Part shown: one piece after another, positions 7,975 to 17,269 of the stretch | How the letters are laid out: each line of letters starts with the position of its first letter | Position numbering within the stretch: the first letter of the stretch is position 1 | Source of the DNA: an uncultured Eubacteriales bacterium | GTDB taxonomy: Bacteria; Bacillota; Clostridia; Christensenellales; CAG-138 | Length of the DNA: 64,000 nt | Direction: 5' to 3' | Assembly: GCA_900319345.1 (NCBI GenBank) | Contig: ONNZ01000008.1 | Span: forward strand, 14,057 to 78,056 | Made by a program: the position numbers and the translations under genes | Notes under the pieces: generated by a model | Database searches by the model: none | What the model was told of the DNA's origin: nothing | The model's input: the letters and a program-made list of their open reading frames with translations, nothing else

Positions 7975-9663
7975 TCAGCGCCCTTTACGGCGCAGGAGGA
8001 TCACGATCAGCGCTGCGCTGAGCCCCACCATGAGCAGGGCGGCGGCGGACAGCACCAGCACCATCCCGTTCCCGCCCGAGGCTGCCGCAGGGGGCGCGCT
8101 CTGGGCAGGGGCCGGCGCTTCGATCTGCGCGGGGGCCGCTGTGAGCTCCGGGGTCCCGGTGTCCACCACCTCCACCAGGGGCTTCAGGACCGTAGGCTCC
8201 GGGGTAGGCGTGGGCTCCGGCGTGGGCGTGGGCTCCGGTGTAGGCGTCGGCGTGGGCGTGGGCTCCGGCGTGGGGGTGGGCGACGGGGTTGGCACGAACA
8301 CGAACCCCTCCGGCACCGGCACCTTGTACGTGGCGCGGACGATGTAATTCCGCTCCAGAGATTTTCCCGTAAGGTCCTCGCTCCAGGTGGCCCCGTCCGC
8401 ATGTCCCTCGAACATGCCCCGGATCTCGGGCATTCCCTCCAACACGCCCTGGAAGGGCACCTGGATCTCCCGGATGCCCAGGGCGTCCTCAAAGACCACG
8501 GTATAGTGGCTATGCTCCTGGACCGCCTTTTGGAGATACTCCGGCCAGGCGTCCATGGGGATATGATAGTTGCTCCAGAATTTCAGCATCCGCTGCTGAG
8601 TGGCGGTGTTGTAGTACACCCCGTCCATGTTGAACACCCGGCAGAACTTGGAGTAGGTGGCGAAGGGCTTTTTGCAGTAGACCTGGCCGCCCTCGTCGTC
8701 GTTGGACTCCGCCACGATGTAGCCGTCGCTCTCCCCGTCCAGATCGTCGTCGTACCGGTCGATGATGACCATCTCATGGTGATTGGGCTTGGTCCGGCCC
8801 TGGAGCACGTCCCCGGGCCGCCCCTCGTAGGTGCCGATCCGATTCTTGTGGAGGCCGCCCACGCCGCCGATGTCGCCGGTCTCGCCCATGACGCCGGTGT
8901 TGCGCACGTTCAGGCCCGCCAGGCGGAAGCAGTAATGGACGAAGCCGTTGCAATGGGTGCCCGCCTCATGCTCCGCCCATTTGTTGCCCCGGATGATGTC
9001 ATACTGGGTCTTGGGATCGTAGGTGGTGCCCCAGTCCGGGTTCAGATACCAGCCCTGCTCCTGGACCGGCCAGCGGCCATACATGAAGAAGGGGATGCGG
9101 ATGCCGAACTCCTGAAGCTTGCTGAGCTGGACCGTGATGCCCACCACCACCGCCTCCCGGGTATAGATGCCGGCCTTGGCCACGTTCTCGGCGATGAGCT
9201 CGTTGAGCTGCTCTACGGAATAATCGCAATACTTGGGCAGATAGGAGGAGATGGGCTCCTCGGGGAACTTGGTGTTGTCCATGCGCAGGTAGGTGTTGTA
9301 CACCTGGGGCATCTCCACATAGGTGGGGCCGTACATGTTCCCCTCCGTGTCCCGCAGCCAGAGATAGTAGTTCCCGGGGAACTTGGTGGTCCTCAGGTAC
9401 GTGTCCGTGTAGGTCATCCAGTCGTGGTTCTTCTCCTTGGGCTGCTTGTCGATGCTGCCGAAATAGTATCCGGCCATCTTGCAGTTCTGCTCCCGGATGC
9501 GGATGTTGAGGATCACGCCCAGCTCGATGGAGATATCCTCCACCTCCAGCTTCCTTTGGGCAGGGTCCTCCGCCTCCCCCAGCGCCGGGCCCCGATCCGC
9601 CAGAGCCCCGGCGGGGACCAGCAGCATCAGGATGAGGATGAAAAGAACATAAACGCGCTTCAT
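7975..9663 (-). CDS. secreted, C-terminally anchored protein with a putative NlpC/P60- or CHAP-like cysteine peptidase core
   Basis: Signal peptide MKRVYVLFILILMLLVPAGALA, from ATG 9663 with GGAG upstream. Candidate Cys/His pair GTHCNGFVHYCF ... NHHEMVIID. A PTPEPT linker, a TM helix and RRKGR lie at the C-terminus. Confidence 0.6.
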   Translation of the reverse strand: MKRVYVLFILILMLLVPAGALADRGPALGEAEDPAQRKLEVEDISIELGVILNIRIREQNCKMAGYYFGSIDKQPKEKNHDWMTYTDTYLRTTKFPGNYYLWLRDTEGNMYGPTYVEMPQVYNTYLRMDNTKFPEEPISSYLPKYCDYSVEQLNELIAENVAKAGIYTREAVVVGITVQLSKLQEFGIRIPFFMYGRWPVQEQGWYLNPDWGTTYDPKTQYDIIRGNKWAEHEAGTHCNGFVHYCFRLAGLNVRNTGVMGETGDIGGVGGLHKNRIGTYEGRPGDVLQGRTKPNHHEMVIIDRYDDDLDGESDGYIVAESNDDEGGQVYCKKPFATYSKFCRVFNMDGVYYNTATQQRMLKFWSNYHIPMDAWPEYLQKAVQEHSHYTVVFEDALGIREIQVPFQGVLEGMPEIRGMFEGHADGATWSEDLTGKSLERNYIVRATYKVPVPEGFVFVPTPSPTPTPEPTPTPTPTPEPTPTPEPTPTPEPTVLKPLVEVVDTGTPELTAAPAQIEAPAPAQSAPPAAASGGNGMVLVLSAAALLMVGLSAALIVILLRRKGR

Positions 9664-9733
9664 GGACAAACTCCGATACAATAATTATGAATAGTGTACC
9701 ACAATCGCCGCCCTTTGGCAACAGGCCCCGTCC

Positions 9734-9762
9734 TTGACTGGAACGGGAAATCATGCTATGGT
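9734..9762 (+). promoter_or_regulatory. candidate sigma-A promoter
   Basis: TTGACT (9734-9739), 17-nt spacer, TATGGT (9757-9762), 34 nt before ATG 9797. Confidence 0.45.
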
Positions 9763-9796
9763 TACAGATAAGGTATTTTTCAAGGAAGAGGCAACC

Positions 9797-11278
9797 ATGC
9801 GCAAGAGGATACTGAGTCTCATACTGCTGGCCTTGCTCCTGCTGCCGTCCGTCCGGCCGGCCCAGGCCGCCGGCAGCGCCATGCTCAACAGCCGCTGCAC
9901 CCTGGACTGGAAGGGCTTCTGCAACTACCCCGCCCGTCTCACCGACAACAGTTACAAGACCGGAGCGGACCTGAAGAACGGCAGCCAGGGCGGCATCTAC
10001 TGGACGGCGGACGTGCCCGTGGGCATCGTCTACTGGGAGTGGATCGTGCCCCCCGACGAGTGCCGCTACACCTTCTACGACGAGAACAAGCAGCCCATCA
10101 GCACCAGCGTCCGCTATCGGGAGGGGGACCGAGGGTACCTTACGGTGCCCGAAGGGGCCTATGGGATCACGCTGGAGGTGGTGAAGGGCTACGAGGGCGG
10201 CAGCTGCCGGCTCACGGAGTGGCACGTGTACGACGCCGCCAACGTGCCGGAGAACATCCATCTGTGGGAGATGGCCCCCGATAAGTGCGACATCATGCTG
10301 GTGTCCGCCCACTCCGACGACGAGCTGGTCATGATGGGCGGCATCATCCCCACCTATGCGGCGGAACGGGGCATGCGGGTCCAGGTGGTGTACTGCTACG
10401 TGCCGGAGCAATATCGGCACGAGGAGGCCCTCAACGGCCTTTGGTTCAGCGGCATGCGGACCCTCCCCGTGTTCTTCGTCATCGAGAACGAGAGCCGGCT
10501 CCGGTTCGCCGAGAAGATCACCCGGGAGATCCGGCGCTTCAAGCCCGAGGTGGTCATCACCCACGACATCATGGGCGAGTACGGTCAGTACGAGTACAAG
10601 AACCCCCAGTCCACCGGCCACGGCCTGGTGAGCAAGAACTGCCGGGAGGCGGTGGAGGCGGCGTCGGACCCCAAGAAGTTCCCCAAATCCGCGGAGGAAT
10701 ACGGCACCTGGCAGGTGAAAAAGCTGTACATCCACCTGTACGACAAGAACCAGGTGGTGATGGATTTCGACACGCCGCTGAGCTTCTTCAACGGCAAGAC
10801 CGCCTTCGAGATCGCCCAGGAGGCCTACGCCTTCCACAAGTCCCAGCGAAGCTACTGGCTGGAGGTGCTCAAGTCCAACCGGTACGACTGCCGCAAGTAC
10901 GGCCTCTATTCCACCACCGTGGGCGAGGACGTGGAGAAGAACGACTTTTTGGAGAATATCCCCCCGGAGTGCCTGTCCGACTATGTGGCGCCTCCACCTA
11001 CGCCTACGCCGGAGCCCACCGCGGAGCCCACCCCCGAGCCTACGCCGGAGCTCACCCCGGAACCCACGGCGGAGCCCACGTTGGCGCCTGCGGCCCCGGC
11101 CACGTCGGCGCCTACGAACGCCCCCGTTTCGGCCGTCGAAGTTTCCGCCGCCCCCACGGCTGAACCGGCGGCCGCCGGGCAGAGCCCCCTGATCGCCGTC
11201 CTGCTGGCCGTCTTCGGCCTGCTGGCCCTGGGCCTCGTCGCCGCCCTGGCGGTGGTGGTGATCCGCCGGAGGAGATAA
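9797..11278 (+). CDS. secreted PIG-L/LmbE family deacetylase with PT linker and C-terminal TM anchor
   Basis: Start ATG 9797 (AAGGAAGAGG upstream); signal peptide MRKRILSLILLALLLLPSVRPAQA. PIG-L motif CDIMLVSAHSDDELVMMGG. Linker PTPTPEPTAEPTPEPTPELTPEPTAEPT. C-terminal TM helix followed by RRRR. Confidence 0.8.
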   Translation: MRKRILSLILLALLLLPSVRPAQAAGSAMLNSRCTLDWKGFCNYPARLTDNSYKTGADLKNGSQGGIYWTADVPVGIVYWEWIVPPDECRYTFYDENKQPISTSVRYREGDRGYLTVPEGAYGITLEVVKGYEGGSCRLTEWHVYDAANVPENIHLWEMAPDKCDIMLVSAHSDDELVMMGGIIPTYAAERGMRVQVVYCYVPEQYRHEEALNGLWFSGMRTLPVFFVIENESRLRFAEKITREIRRFKPEVVITHDIMGEYGQYEYKNPQSTGHGLVSKNCREAVEAASDPKKFPKSAEEYGTWQVKKLYIHLYDKNQVVMDFDTPLSFFNGKTAFEIAQEAYAFHKSQRSYWLEVLKSNRYDCRKYGLYSTTVGEDVEKNDFLENIPPECLSDYVAPPPTPTPEPTAEPTPEPTPELTPEPTAEPTLAPAAPATSAPTNAPVSAVEVSAAPTAEPAAAGQSPLIAVLLAVFGLLALGLVAALAVVVIRRRR

Positions 11279-11290
11279 GCAGCGCATATG

Positions 11291-11319
11291 AAAAAGCCCC
11301 GCACGTGCGGGGCTTTTTT
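11291..11319. terminator. bidirectional intrinsic terminator between convergent genes
   Basis: AAAAA-GCCCCGCAC/GTGCGGGGC-TTTTTT. Confidence 0.85.
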
Positions 11320-11329
11320 GTGTGGCGTC

Positions 11330-11761
11330 TTACTTCTTGAGGGCGTCGCGGATCTCCGTGAGGAGCTTCACTTCCTCGGAGGGCTCGGGTTCGGGCGCGG
11401 GCTCGGGCGCGGGGGCGGGCTCCTCCTTCTTGCGGCGCAGGTTGTTGATGCCCTTGACGATCAGGAACACCACCAGCGCCACCAGGATGAAGTTGACCAC
11501 GTTCTGGATGAAGCTGCCGTAGAGGATGGCGGCCTCCTCCACCCCGGCGGCCTCGTCGGCGGGACGGATGACGTACTTCAGGGAGTTGAAGTCGATACCG
11601 CCGAAGAGCGCGCCGATGACGGGCATGAAGATGTCGTTCACCAGGGAGGTAACGATCTTGGTGAAGGTGCTGCCGATGATGACGCCCACGGCCATGTCGA
11701 TCACGTTGCCGCGCATGATGAACGCTTTGAATTCGGATACGATGCCTTTTTTCTTTTCCAT
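11330..11761 (-). CDS. mscL: large-conductance mechanosensitive channel
   Basis: EFKAFIMRGNVIDMAVGVIIG...FINFLIVA-like signature. Start ATG 11761 with AAGGAGA. Confidence 0.92.
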   Translation of the reverse strand: MEKKKGIVSEFKAFIMRGNVIDMAVGVIIGSTFTKIVTSLVNDIFMPVIGALFGGIDFNSLKYVIRPADEAAGVEEAAILYGSFIQNVVNFILVALVVFLIVKGINNLRRKKEEPAPAPEPAPEPEPSEEVKLLTEIRDALKK

Positions 11762-11899
11762 GTTCTTATTCTCCTTGCTTTGGGATATGGTACAGTATAC
11801 CACCCTGCGCCGCCTTTGGCTATACCTTTTTGCCCCTCGAAACCGGCCTCGGCCCTGAATTTTGACAGAAATTTGTCGATAGTGATTCTATTTTGACGA

Positions 11900-11926
11900 T
11901 TAGCACTCTCCTATTGACAGTGCTAA
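11900..11926 (+). promoter_or_regulatory. CIRCE operator (HrcA binding site)
   Basis: TTAGCACTC-tcctattga-CAGTGCTAA against the consensus TTAGCACTC-N9-GAGTGCTAA: 17 of 18 positions match. Confidence 0.85.
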
Positions 11927-11941
11927 TTATCTGCGTATACT
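11914..11941 (+). promoter_or_regulatory. sigma-A promoter overlapping CIRCE
   Basis: TTGACA (11914-11919), 16-nt spacer, TATACT (11936-11941). Confidence 0.65.
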
Positions 11942-12023
11942 GTGCATTGTAAGGAAACGAACGGGGCATGATACGAAAGGCAAGGCCCCGGAACAATGGA
12001 TGATTTGAAAGGAAGTGTTACCT

Positions 12024-12461
12024 ATGTTGCCCAGTATTTTCGGAGAAAACCTGTTGGATGATCTTTGGCGGACCGACTTCGACCGCGATTGGTTCAATAT
12101 GGACCGGGAGCTCTATGGCAAGCACGCCAAGAACCTGATGAAGACCGATGTGCGGGAGAGCGAGGCCGGCTATGAGATGGCCATCGAGCTGCCCGGCTTC
12201 CAGAAGGAGGATATCAAGGTGGATCTGAAGGACGGCTACCTCACCGTCTCCGCCCAGAAGTCTCTCGACAAGGAAGAGCACAAGGGCAAGAAGATCCTGC
12301 GCCAGGAGCGCTACAGCGGCTCCTGCAGCCGTACCTTCTACATCGGCGACGTAAAGGCCGAGGACGTGAAGGGCAAGTACGACGCCGGCATCCTGACCTT
12401 GGAATTCCCCAAGGAGGACCAGAAGAAGATCGAGGAGAAGCGCACCATCGCCATCGACTAA
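12024..12461 (+). CDS. Hsp20/alpha-crystallin small heat-shock protein
   Basis: Alpha-crystallin domain (DVRESEAGYEMAIELPGFQKEDIKVDLKDGYLTVSA...GILTLEFPK). ATG 12024 is 9 nt after GAAAGGAAG; the track start at 12015 is a GTG lying inside the RBS. Confidence 0.9.
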   Translation: MLPSIFGENLLDDLWRTDFDRDWFNMDRELYGKHAKNLMKTDVRESEAGYEMAIELPGFQKEDIKVDLKDGYLTVSAQKSLDKEEHKGKKILRQERYSGSCSRTFYIGDVKAEDVKGKYDAGILTLEFPKEDQKKIEEKRTIAID

Positions 12462-12465
12462 GCAT

Positions 12466-12501
12466 CAAAAAGAGCCGCCCGAGAGGGTGGCTCTTTTTTT
12501 G
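12466..12501. terminator. bidirectional intrinsic terminator
   Basis: AAAAA-GAGCCGCCC-gaga-GGGTGGCTC-TTTTTTT between convergent genes. Confidence 0.85.
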
Positions 12502-12506
12502 TGCGT

Positions 12507-13307
12507 TCACCGCTTGTAGCAGCAGTACAAGAGATGGCTGGAGGCGCCCAACAGCTCCGGATCCTGGCAGTGCAGGATGTGGTAGGCGCGGAAGAGGCGG
12601 AAGTCGTCGTCGGACATGTGGAAGTCCGAACGGTCCTCCGCCAGCTCCAGCATGCCGTCGGTGGCCACGGTGGCGGAGTGGCCCAGGTTCCGGTCCCGGA
12701 ACAGTTCGTCGATCTCCTCCAGGGTAAAGCCCGTGAAGCCCTGCTCCGGGAAGTGGCGGACGGTCTTGTGGTCCTTTTCAAAGTTCTCCTCCAGCCCCGC
12801 CTGGAAGTTGTAGGGCGGCCGCTGCAGGTAGTTGTTGTAGAGGATGGCGTGGACGGACAAAAAGGCCACCAGTATCTTGCCCCAGGGCTTGGTGACCCGG
12901 ACGGCCTCGTCCAGGACCCGGTCCATGCCGCCCTTGCCGTAGATATGGTACATGGGCCCCAGGCACAGCGTCAGATCGAAGGTGTCGTCGGCGAACTGCC
13001 GGAGATCCAGGGCGTCCCCCTGGACCACCTTCAGGTTGGGCACGTCCTTGGCCTTCTCCTGCAGGATCTGCACGTTTTTGTCCACCAGCTCCAGAGCCGT
13101 CACGCTGTACCCCCGCTTGGCGAGGGCCAGGGAATAGGCCCCCGTCCCCGCCCCCAGCTCCAGGGTGAGGCAGGGGTTGGGCGCGTACCGCTCGATGCAG
13201 GTCATGGTGGTGAAGTATTCCAGCTGCCCGTGGCGGGTCCGGATGAGGCGAGTCTCCTCCCGGCCGTCGCCGTAGATGGACTCCAATATCTGCTTGCGCT
13301 TATCCAT
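12507..13307 (-). CDS. class I SAM-dependent methyltransferase
   Basis: LELGAGTGAYSLALAKRG (motif I) and ILVAF (post-I/II) motifs. Confidence 0.8.
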   Translation of the reverse strand: MDKRKQILESIYGDGREETRLIRTRHGQLEYFTTMTCIERYAPNPCLTLELGAGTGAYSLALAKRGYSVTALELVDKNVQILQEKAKDVPNLKVVQGDALDLRQFADDTFDLTLCLGPMYHIYGKGGMDRVLDEAVRVTKPWGKILVAFLSVHAILYNNYLQRPPYNFQAGLEENFEKDHKTVRHFPEQGFTGFTLEEIDELFRDRNLGHSATVATDGMLELAEDRSDFHMSDDDFRLFRAYHILHCQDPELLGASSHLLYCCYKR

Positions 13308-13311
13308 GGCC

Positions 13312-14181
13312 TTAGCCCACGGGCTGCTCCGCGGCGGAGGTCAGGGGGATGTCGATGAGCATGTTGTCGGAGCCGGACATGACCGTGGGGAGCTTGCCGT
13401 CCCACTTCGAGACGGTCTGATACTTGATGAGCAGCTCCGAGATGGACTCGGTGATGATCCGATTGGACTCGGCGTTGGCCTGGGCCAGGACCTTGATCTC
13501 GTTGGCCTCCGCCTCGGCGGCGATGACCCGCTTCTGGGCCTCCGTGTTGGCGATGACCAGGGCCTGCTCCTGCTCGGTGCGGGTCTTGATGAGGTTCTGC
13601 TCCGCCACCTGCTTGGCTTCTACGGCGTTGATATACTCCTCAGAGAAGTCCCAGTTGATGATGTTGAGCTCGTTGATGAAGATGCCGTAGGCGTTCAGCT
13701 TCTCGTTGAGGCCGTCGTCCAGGAGCATGCTCACCTCCGCCCGGCTGCTGACCAGCTCCACGGCGGTGTACTTGGCGGTGACCGCCTTCAACACCTCGTT
13801 GACGGCAGGGGTGATCAGCACCTCCTCGAAGCCCATGCCCACGTTCTTATAGAGGGTCTGGCTGTTCTCCTTCCCCACGTGGTAGTTGACGGCCACCACG
13901 GTGGTGATGGTCTGCAGATCCTTGCTGAAGGCCTCGGTGTTCACGTCCAGCTTCACGATCCGGTTGTCCACCACCACGATCTTCTGAACGAAGGGCACCT
14001 TGAAGTGGAGCCCCTCCTGGAGCACCACGTCCTCCACCTTGCCGAAGGTCAACGCCACGCCCGTGTGGCCCGCGGGGATCACCACGAAGCTGGAGCCCAG
14101 GAAGATGACTGCCAGGATCACCACGAGGATCGTCAGGACCAGTTTGAACGGGGAAAAGTTGCCCGCTTTGTCTTTGAACAT
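13312..14181 (-). CDS. SPFH/band-7 (prohibitin-like) membrane protein
   Basis: N-terminal TM helix, then VVIPAGHTGVALTFGKV...LHFKVPFVQKIVVVD, a typical SPFH core, and a coiled-coil tail. Confidence 0.85.
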   Translation of the reverse strand: MFKDKAGNFSPFKLVLTILVVILAVIFLGSSFVVIPAGHTGVALTFGKVEDVVLQEGLHFKVPFVQKIVVVDNRIVKLDVNTEAFSKDLQTITTVVAVNYHVGKENSQTLYKNVGMGFEEVLITPAVNEVLKAVTAKYTAVELVSSRAEVSMLLDDGLNEKLNAYGIFINELNIINWDFSEEYINAVEAKQVAEQNLIKTRTEQEQALVIANTEAQKRVIAAEAEANEIKVLAQANAESNRIITESISELLIKYQTVSKWDGKLPTVMSGSDNMLIDIPLTSAAEQPVG

Positions 14182-14185
14182 GTGT

Positions 14186-15199
14186 TTAGTTCTCCTTTCT
14201 TGGTTCGCATATATAGATCACGTCGGGAATGTTTCGGAAGAAGGGAGGATTGCTCACCCGCCGTCCGTCGAAGGCCATGACGGAGCTGCTGCCCCCGTCC
14301 AGGTTGTAGGCCGCCGCACAGCCCAGGGACGCCATGAACCGGGACAGCTCCTGCAGCGTCATGCCGTAGGAGTAGTCCAGCCGGCGGCCGTCCACCACCA
14401 CGAAGCAGTAGTGGCCCGGAGCGTAATACCCCAACGCCGTCCGAGGGTTGGCGTCCGTCAGGCTGGAGTTGAAGGTGTCCTTCGCTTTGCCGTTCTCGTC
14501 CAGCAAAGCGGGGCCGAAGCACCAGGCCTGCCAGGGGTCCATGGCCATGATCTGCTGGCTGCTGGCGCTGCGCCCGTCCAGGGTGAGCATGGTCCCGTCC
14601 CGCAACAGCACGCAGGCGTCGTATCGGGGATTGTCCACCTGCCGGATCGGCTGTCCGTTCCTGACCACGCAACCGAAATCCCATTTGCAGATATAGTCCC
14701 CGTTGATCATCAGCAGCGCGTCCTCCCGGGCCATGAGATCCAGCACGTCCATGATGTTCATGGCGCTGTCGTTCAGCGTCTCCCCGGACATGGCGGAACG
14801 GAAGCTGGTGATGTCCTCGATGTAGATGTCCGCCACGAAGCAGACCATGGGCAGCATATAGCCCTCGGGGTTTTCGATCCGTTCGATGCGGATGCTGACC
14901 TTGTCGCTCCTGTACCCCATGGGGCTCATGACCCGCTTGCTGCGGTTGAACACGGGCGGATGGGCCGCCCCATGAAGGCAGTCGCGGGTGGGCTGTGGCG
15001 TGGGCTCCGGCGTGGGCGTATCGGTGGGAGCGGGCGTGGCCGTAGGAGACGGGGTAGGCTCCGGCGTGGGCACGGGCGTAGGCGAAGGGGTGGCAGCAGG
15101 CGTCGGCGCCAAGACCGCCGCCTTCGGGGCATGGCCGCCCCAGACCGACAGCAGCGCCAGGCCCAGCACTATCATCAACCCGCACACGCACCGTTTCAT
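14186..15199 (-). CDS. phosphodiester glycosidase family (DUF2233) surface protein with PT linker
   Basis: Start ATG 15199 (MKRCVCGLMIVLGLALL). Linker PTPAATPSPTPVPTPEPTPSPTATPAPTDTPTPEPTPQPT. C-terminal ...PRTALGYYAPGHYCFVVVDGR...AYNLDGGSSS signature. Confidence 0.75.
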   Translation of the reverse strand: MKRCVCGLMIVLGLALLSVWGGHAPKAAVLAPTPAATPSPTPVPTPEPTPSPTATPAPTDTPTPEPTPQPTRDCLHGAAHPPVFNRSKRVMSPMGYRSDKVSIRIERIENPEGYMLPMVCFVADIYIEDITSFRSAMSGETLNDSAMNIMDVLDLMAREDALLMINGDYICKWDFGCVVRNGQPIRQVDNPRYDACVLLRDGTMLTLDGRSASSQQIMAMDPWQAWCFGPALLDENGKAKDTFNSSLTDANPRTALGYYAPGHYCFVVVDGRRLDYSYGMTLQELSRFMASLGCAAAYNLDGGSSSVMAFDGRRVSNPPFFRNIPDVIYICEPRKEN

Positions 15200-15286
15200 G
15201 GCACCTATTCTACAATCATTTGCAAAAATGCGCAACAAAAAACCGGAGAAAGATGCCTCTCTCTCCGGTTTTTGGCATGGTATGGT

Positions 15287-17194
15287 TTACCAGATGCTGA
15301 TGCGCTTCTCCGGCGCGATGTACATCTTGTCGGCCGCAGTGACGCCGAAGGCCTCGTACCACTCGGGGAAGTTCCGGGGGGACATGTTGGCCCTGAGCTC
15401 GCCGGGGGAATGGACGTCGCTGGCCAGCAGGAGCTTGATGTACTCCTCCTTGGCCTTCCGGCACCAGACCCGGGCCCAGTTGATGAAGTACGCCTGGAAG
15501 TCCGGATCGGGCAGGGTGTGCATGATCTCCAGGGTCACGCCCATGCCGCCGTTGTCGGCGATGTTCTCGCTGACCGTCAGCTCGCCGTTGACCTTGCCGC
15601 CGTGGAACTCGATGCCGTCGAACTGCTCGATCATCCCCTTCGTCAGCTCCTTGAAGGCCGCGAAGTCCTCCTCCTTCCACCAGTTCTTCAGGTTCCCGTT
15701 CTCGTCGAAGTTGGCGCCGTTGTTGTCGAAGGCGTGGCTGATCTCATGGCCGATGACCGCGCCGATGCCGCCCAGGTTCTCGCTGACGCTCTGGCTCAGA
15801 GCGTAGAAGGGCTTTTGCAGGATGGCCGCCGGGAAGGTGATATCGTTGGCGCTGGGGTTGTAGCAGGCGTTGACCATATGGCCCGGCATGAGCCACTCCG
15901 TGCGGTCCACGGGCTGATTCACCTTGTCCAGCATGTCCCGGGCGCGGACGGCGAAGAGGCTCTGCATGGCTTCCAGATAGGAGGCGTCCTCGTCGAAGAC
16001 CAGCTTGGACCAGATCTCCTTGATCTCGTCGGGGTAGCCCATCTTGATCTCGATGGTGGAGAGCTTCTTGATGGCCTGCTCCTTGGTCTCCTCGGCCAGG
16101 AAGGTGTTCTTCCGCATGCGGAGCTTATAGGTCTCGATGATCTTCTTCACCAGATCCACCACGTCCTTCTTGGCCTCCTCGCCGAAGTAGGTGCGGCCGT
16201 AGTAGACGCCCACGGGCTCGGAATACATGCGGGAGGCGGTCTGATAGGCCTGCTTCTCCAGCGACGGATCAGAGGCCACGCCCATCAGCGCCCGCCGATA
16301 GGTCCGGCCCAGGGCGGCCAGCTCCTCGGAGAGGTAGGCCGTGCTCCGAAGCAGGGCGTTCACGTAGGTCCAGTGCAGGTAGAGGGAGAGGTTCTCTTCG
16401 GAGAAGTAGCCGTTCATCTCCCGGATCGCCTTGGGGTCGTAGACCACCAGGGTCGTGGGGGCGCTTTCGCCGTACAGATCCCCCAGGAGCTTTTTGATGT
16501 CGAAGGGCGCCACCTGGGCGGCCACCTCGTCCGCAGCCATGGGGTTGTGGCACTTGTAGTATTCGGACCATTCCAGCCGGCTCTTGACCTTCTGGGCCAC
16601 CAGGGCGTCGAAGGCCAGGGCGTCGTCCAGATACTGCTTCTGCTCCTCCGCCGTGAGGGGCGTGAAGGCCAGCACCTTGGCGGCCATGTCCGCCCAAACG
16701 GCCAAAAGCTGCTTCCCAGCAGGGTTGTCCTCCGCGTAATAGGTGGTGTCGGGCAGGATGGTGTTGGGGCCCAGCACGATGAAGGCATGCTTGGTGGCGT
16801 CCGCCATGTCGGCGGTCACCTCCATCTGGATGGGCAGGTCCACGCCCTCAACAAGGAGCTCCGCCGCCTGGGCGTTGAGCTGGTCCACCGATTCGATCCC
16901 GCGAAGCTTCTCCAGCAGGGGCAGCGCGGGGGCGATCCCCTCCCTGTCCCGCCGGTCCGTATCCAGGACCTTTTTGTAAAGGGCGATGGCATACTTCATC
17001 TCGGGGATGTCGCTGGTCTTCTCGCCGGCGGCGAAGGCCTTGAAATCCTCCATCATGATCTTTTCCACGCCCTGATCGAGATCGGAGAAGCCGCCGGTGG
17101 TGGGCCTGTCCTCCGGGATCACAGCGGTCTTCAGCCATTCGCCGTTGACCGCTTCATACAGATCGTCCTGTATCCTGACTTGTTCTTCACTCAT
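15287..17194 (-). CDS. M13 family zinc metallopeptidase (PepO-like endopeptidase)
   Basis: HEISHAF (HExxH) plus downstream ENIADNGG. No signal peptide. Start ATG 17194 (MSEEQVRIQDDLYEAVNGEW) with GGAAAGGAAAAAGG. Confidence 0.9.
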   Translation of the reverse strand: MSEEQVRIQDDLYEAVNGEWLKTAVIPEDRPTTGGFSDLDQGVEKIMMEDFKAFAAGEKTSDIPEMKYAIALYKKVLDTDRRDREGIAPALPLLEKLRGIESVDQLNAQAAELLVEGVDLPIQMEVTADMADATKHAFIVLGPNTILPDTTYYAEDNPAGKQLLAVWADMAAKVLAFTPLTAEEQKQYLDDALAFDALVAQKVKSRLEWSEYYKCHNPMAADEVAAQVAPFDIKKLLGDLYGESAPTTLVVYDPKAIREMNGYFSEENLSLYLHWTYVNALLRSTAYLSEELAALGRTYRRALMGVASDPSLEKQAYQTASRMYSEPVGVYYGRTYFGEEAKKDVVDLVKKIIETYKLRMRKNTFLAEETKEQAIKKLSTIEIKMGYPDEIKEIWSKLVFDEDASYLEAMQSLFAVRARDMLDKVNQPVDRTEWLMPGHMVNACYNPSANDITFPAAILQKPFYALSQSVSENLGGIGAVIGHEISHAFDNNGANFDENGNLKNWWKEEDFAAFKELTKGMIEQFDGIEFHGGKVNGELTVSENIADNGGMGVTLEIMHTLPDPDFQAYFINWARVWCRKAKEEYIKLLLASDVHSPGELRANMSPRNFPEWYEAFGVTAADKMYIAPEKRISIW

Positions 17195-17269
17195 GTCCTT
17201 TTTCCTTTCCGTTTCCAGTGTAGAACGGAGCAGCCCCAAGGAGCTGCTCCGCGCCTGTGTTCCGTTTCC

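Noticed and set aside
17226-17250. Hairpin GGAGCAGC-N-GCTGCTCC after rubredoxin as the operon terminator
   Set aside because: No U-tract follows on the minus strand, and it lies within the pepO ribosome-binding region. The evidence is too weak to call.
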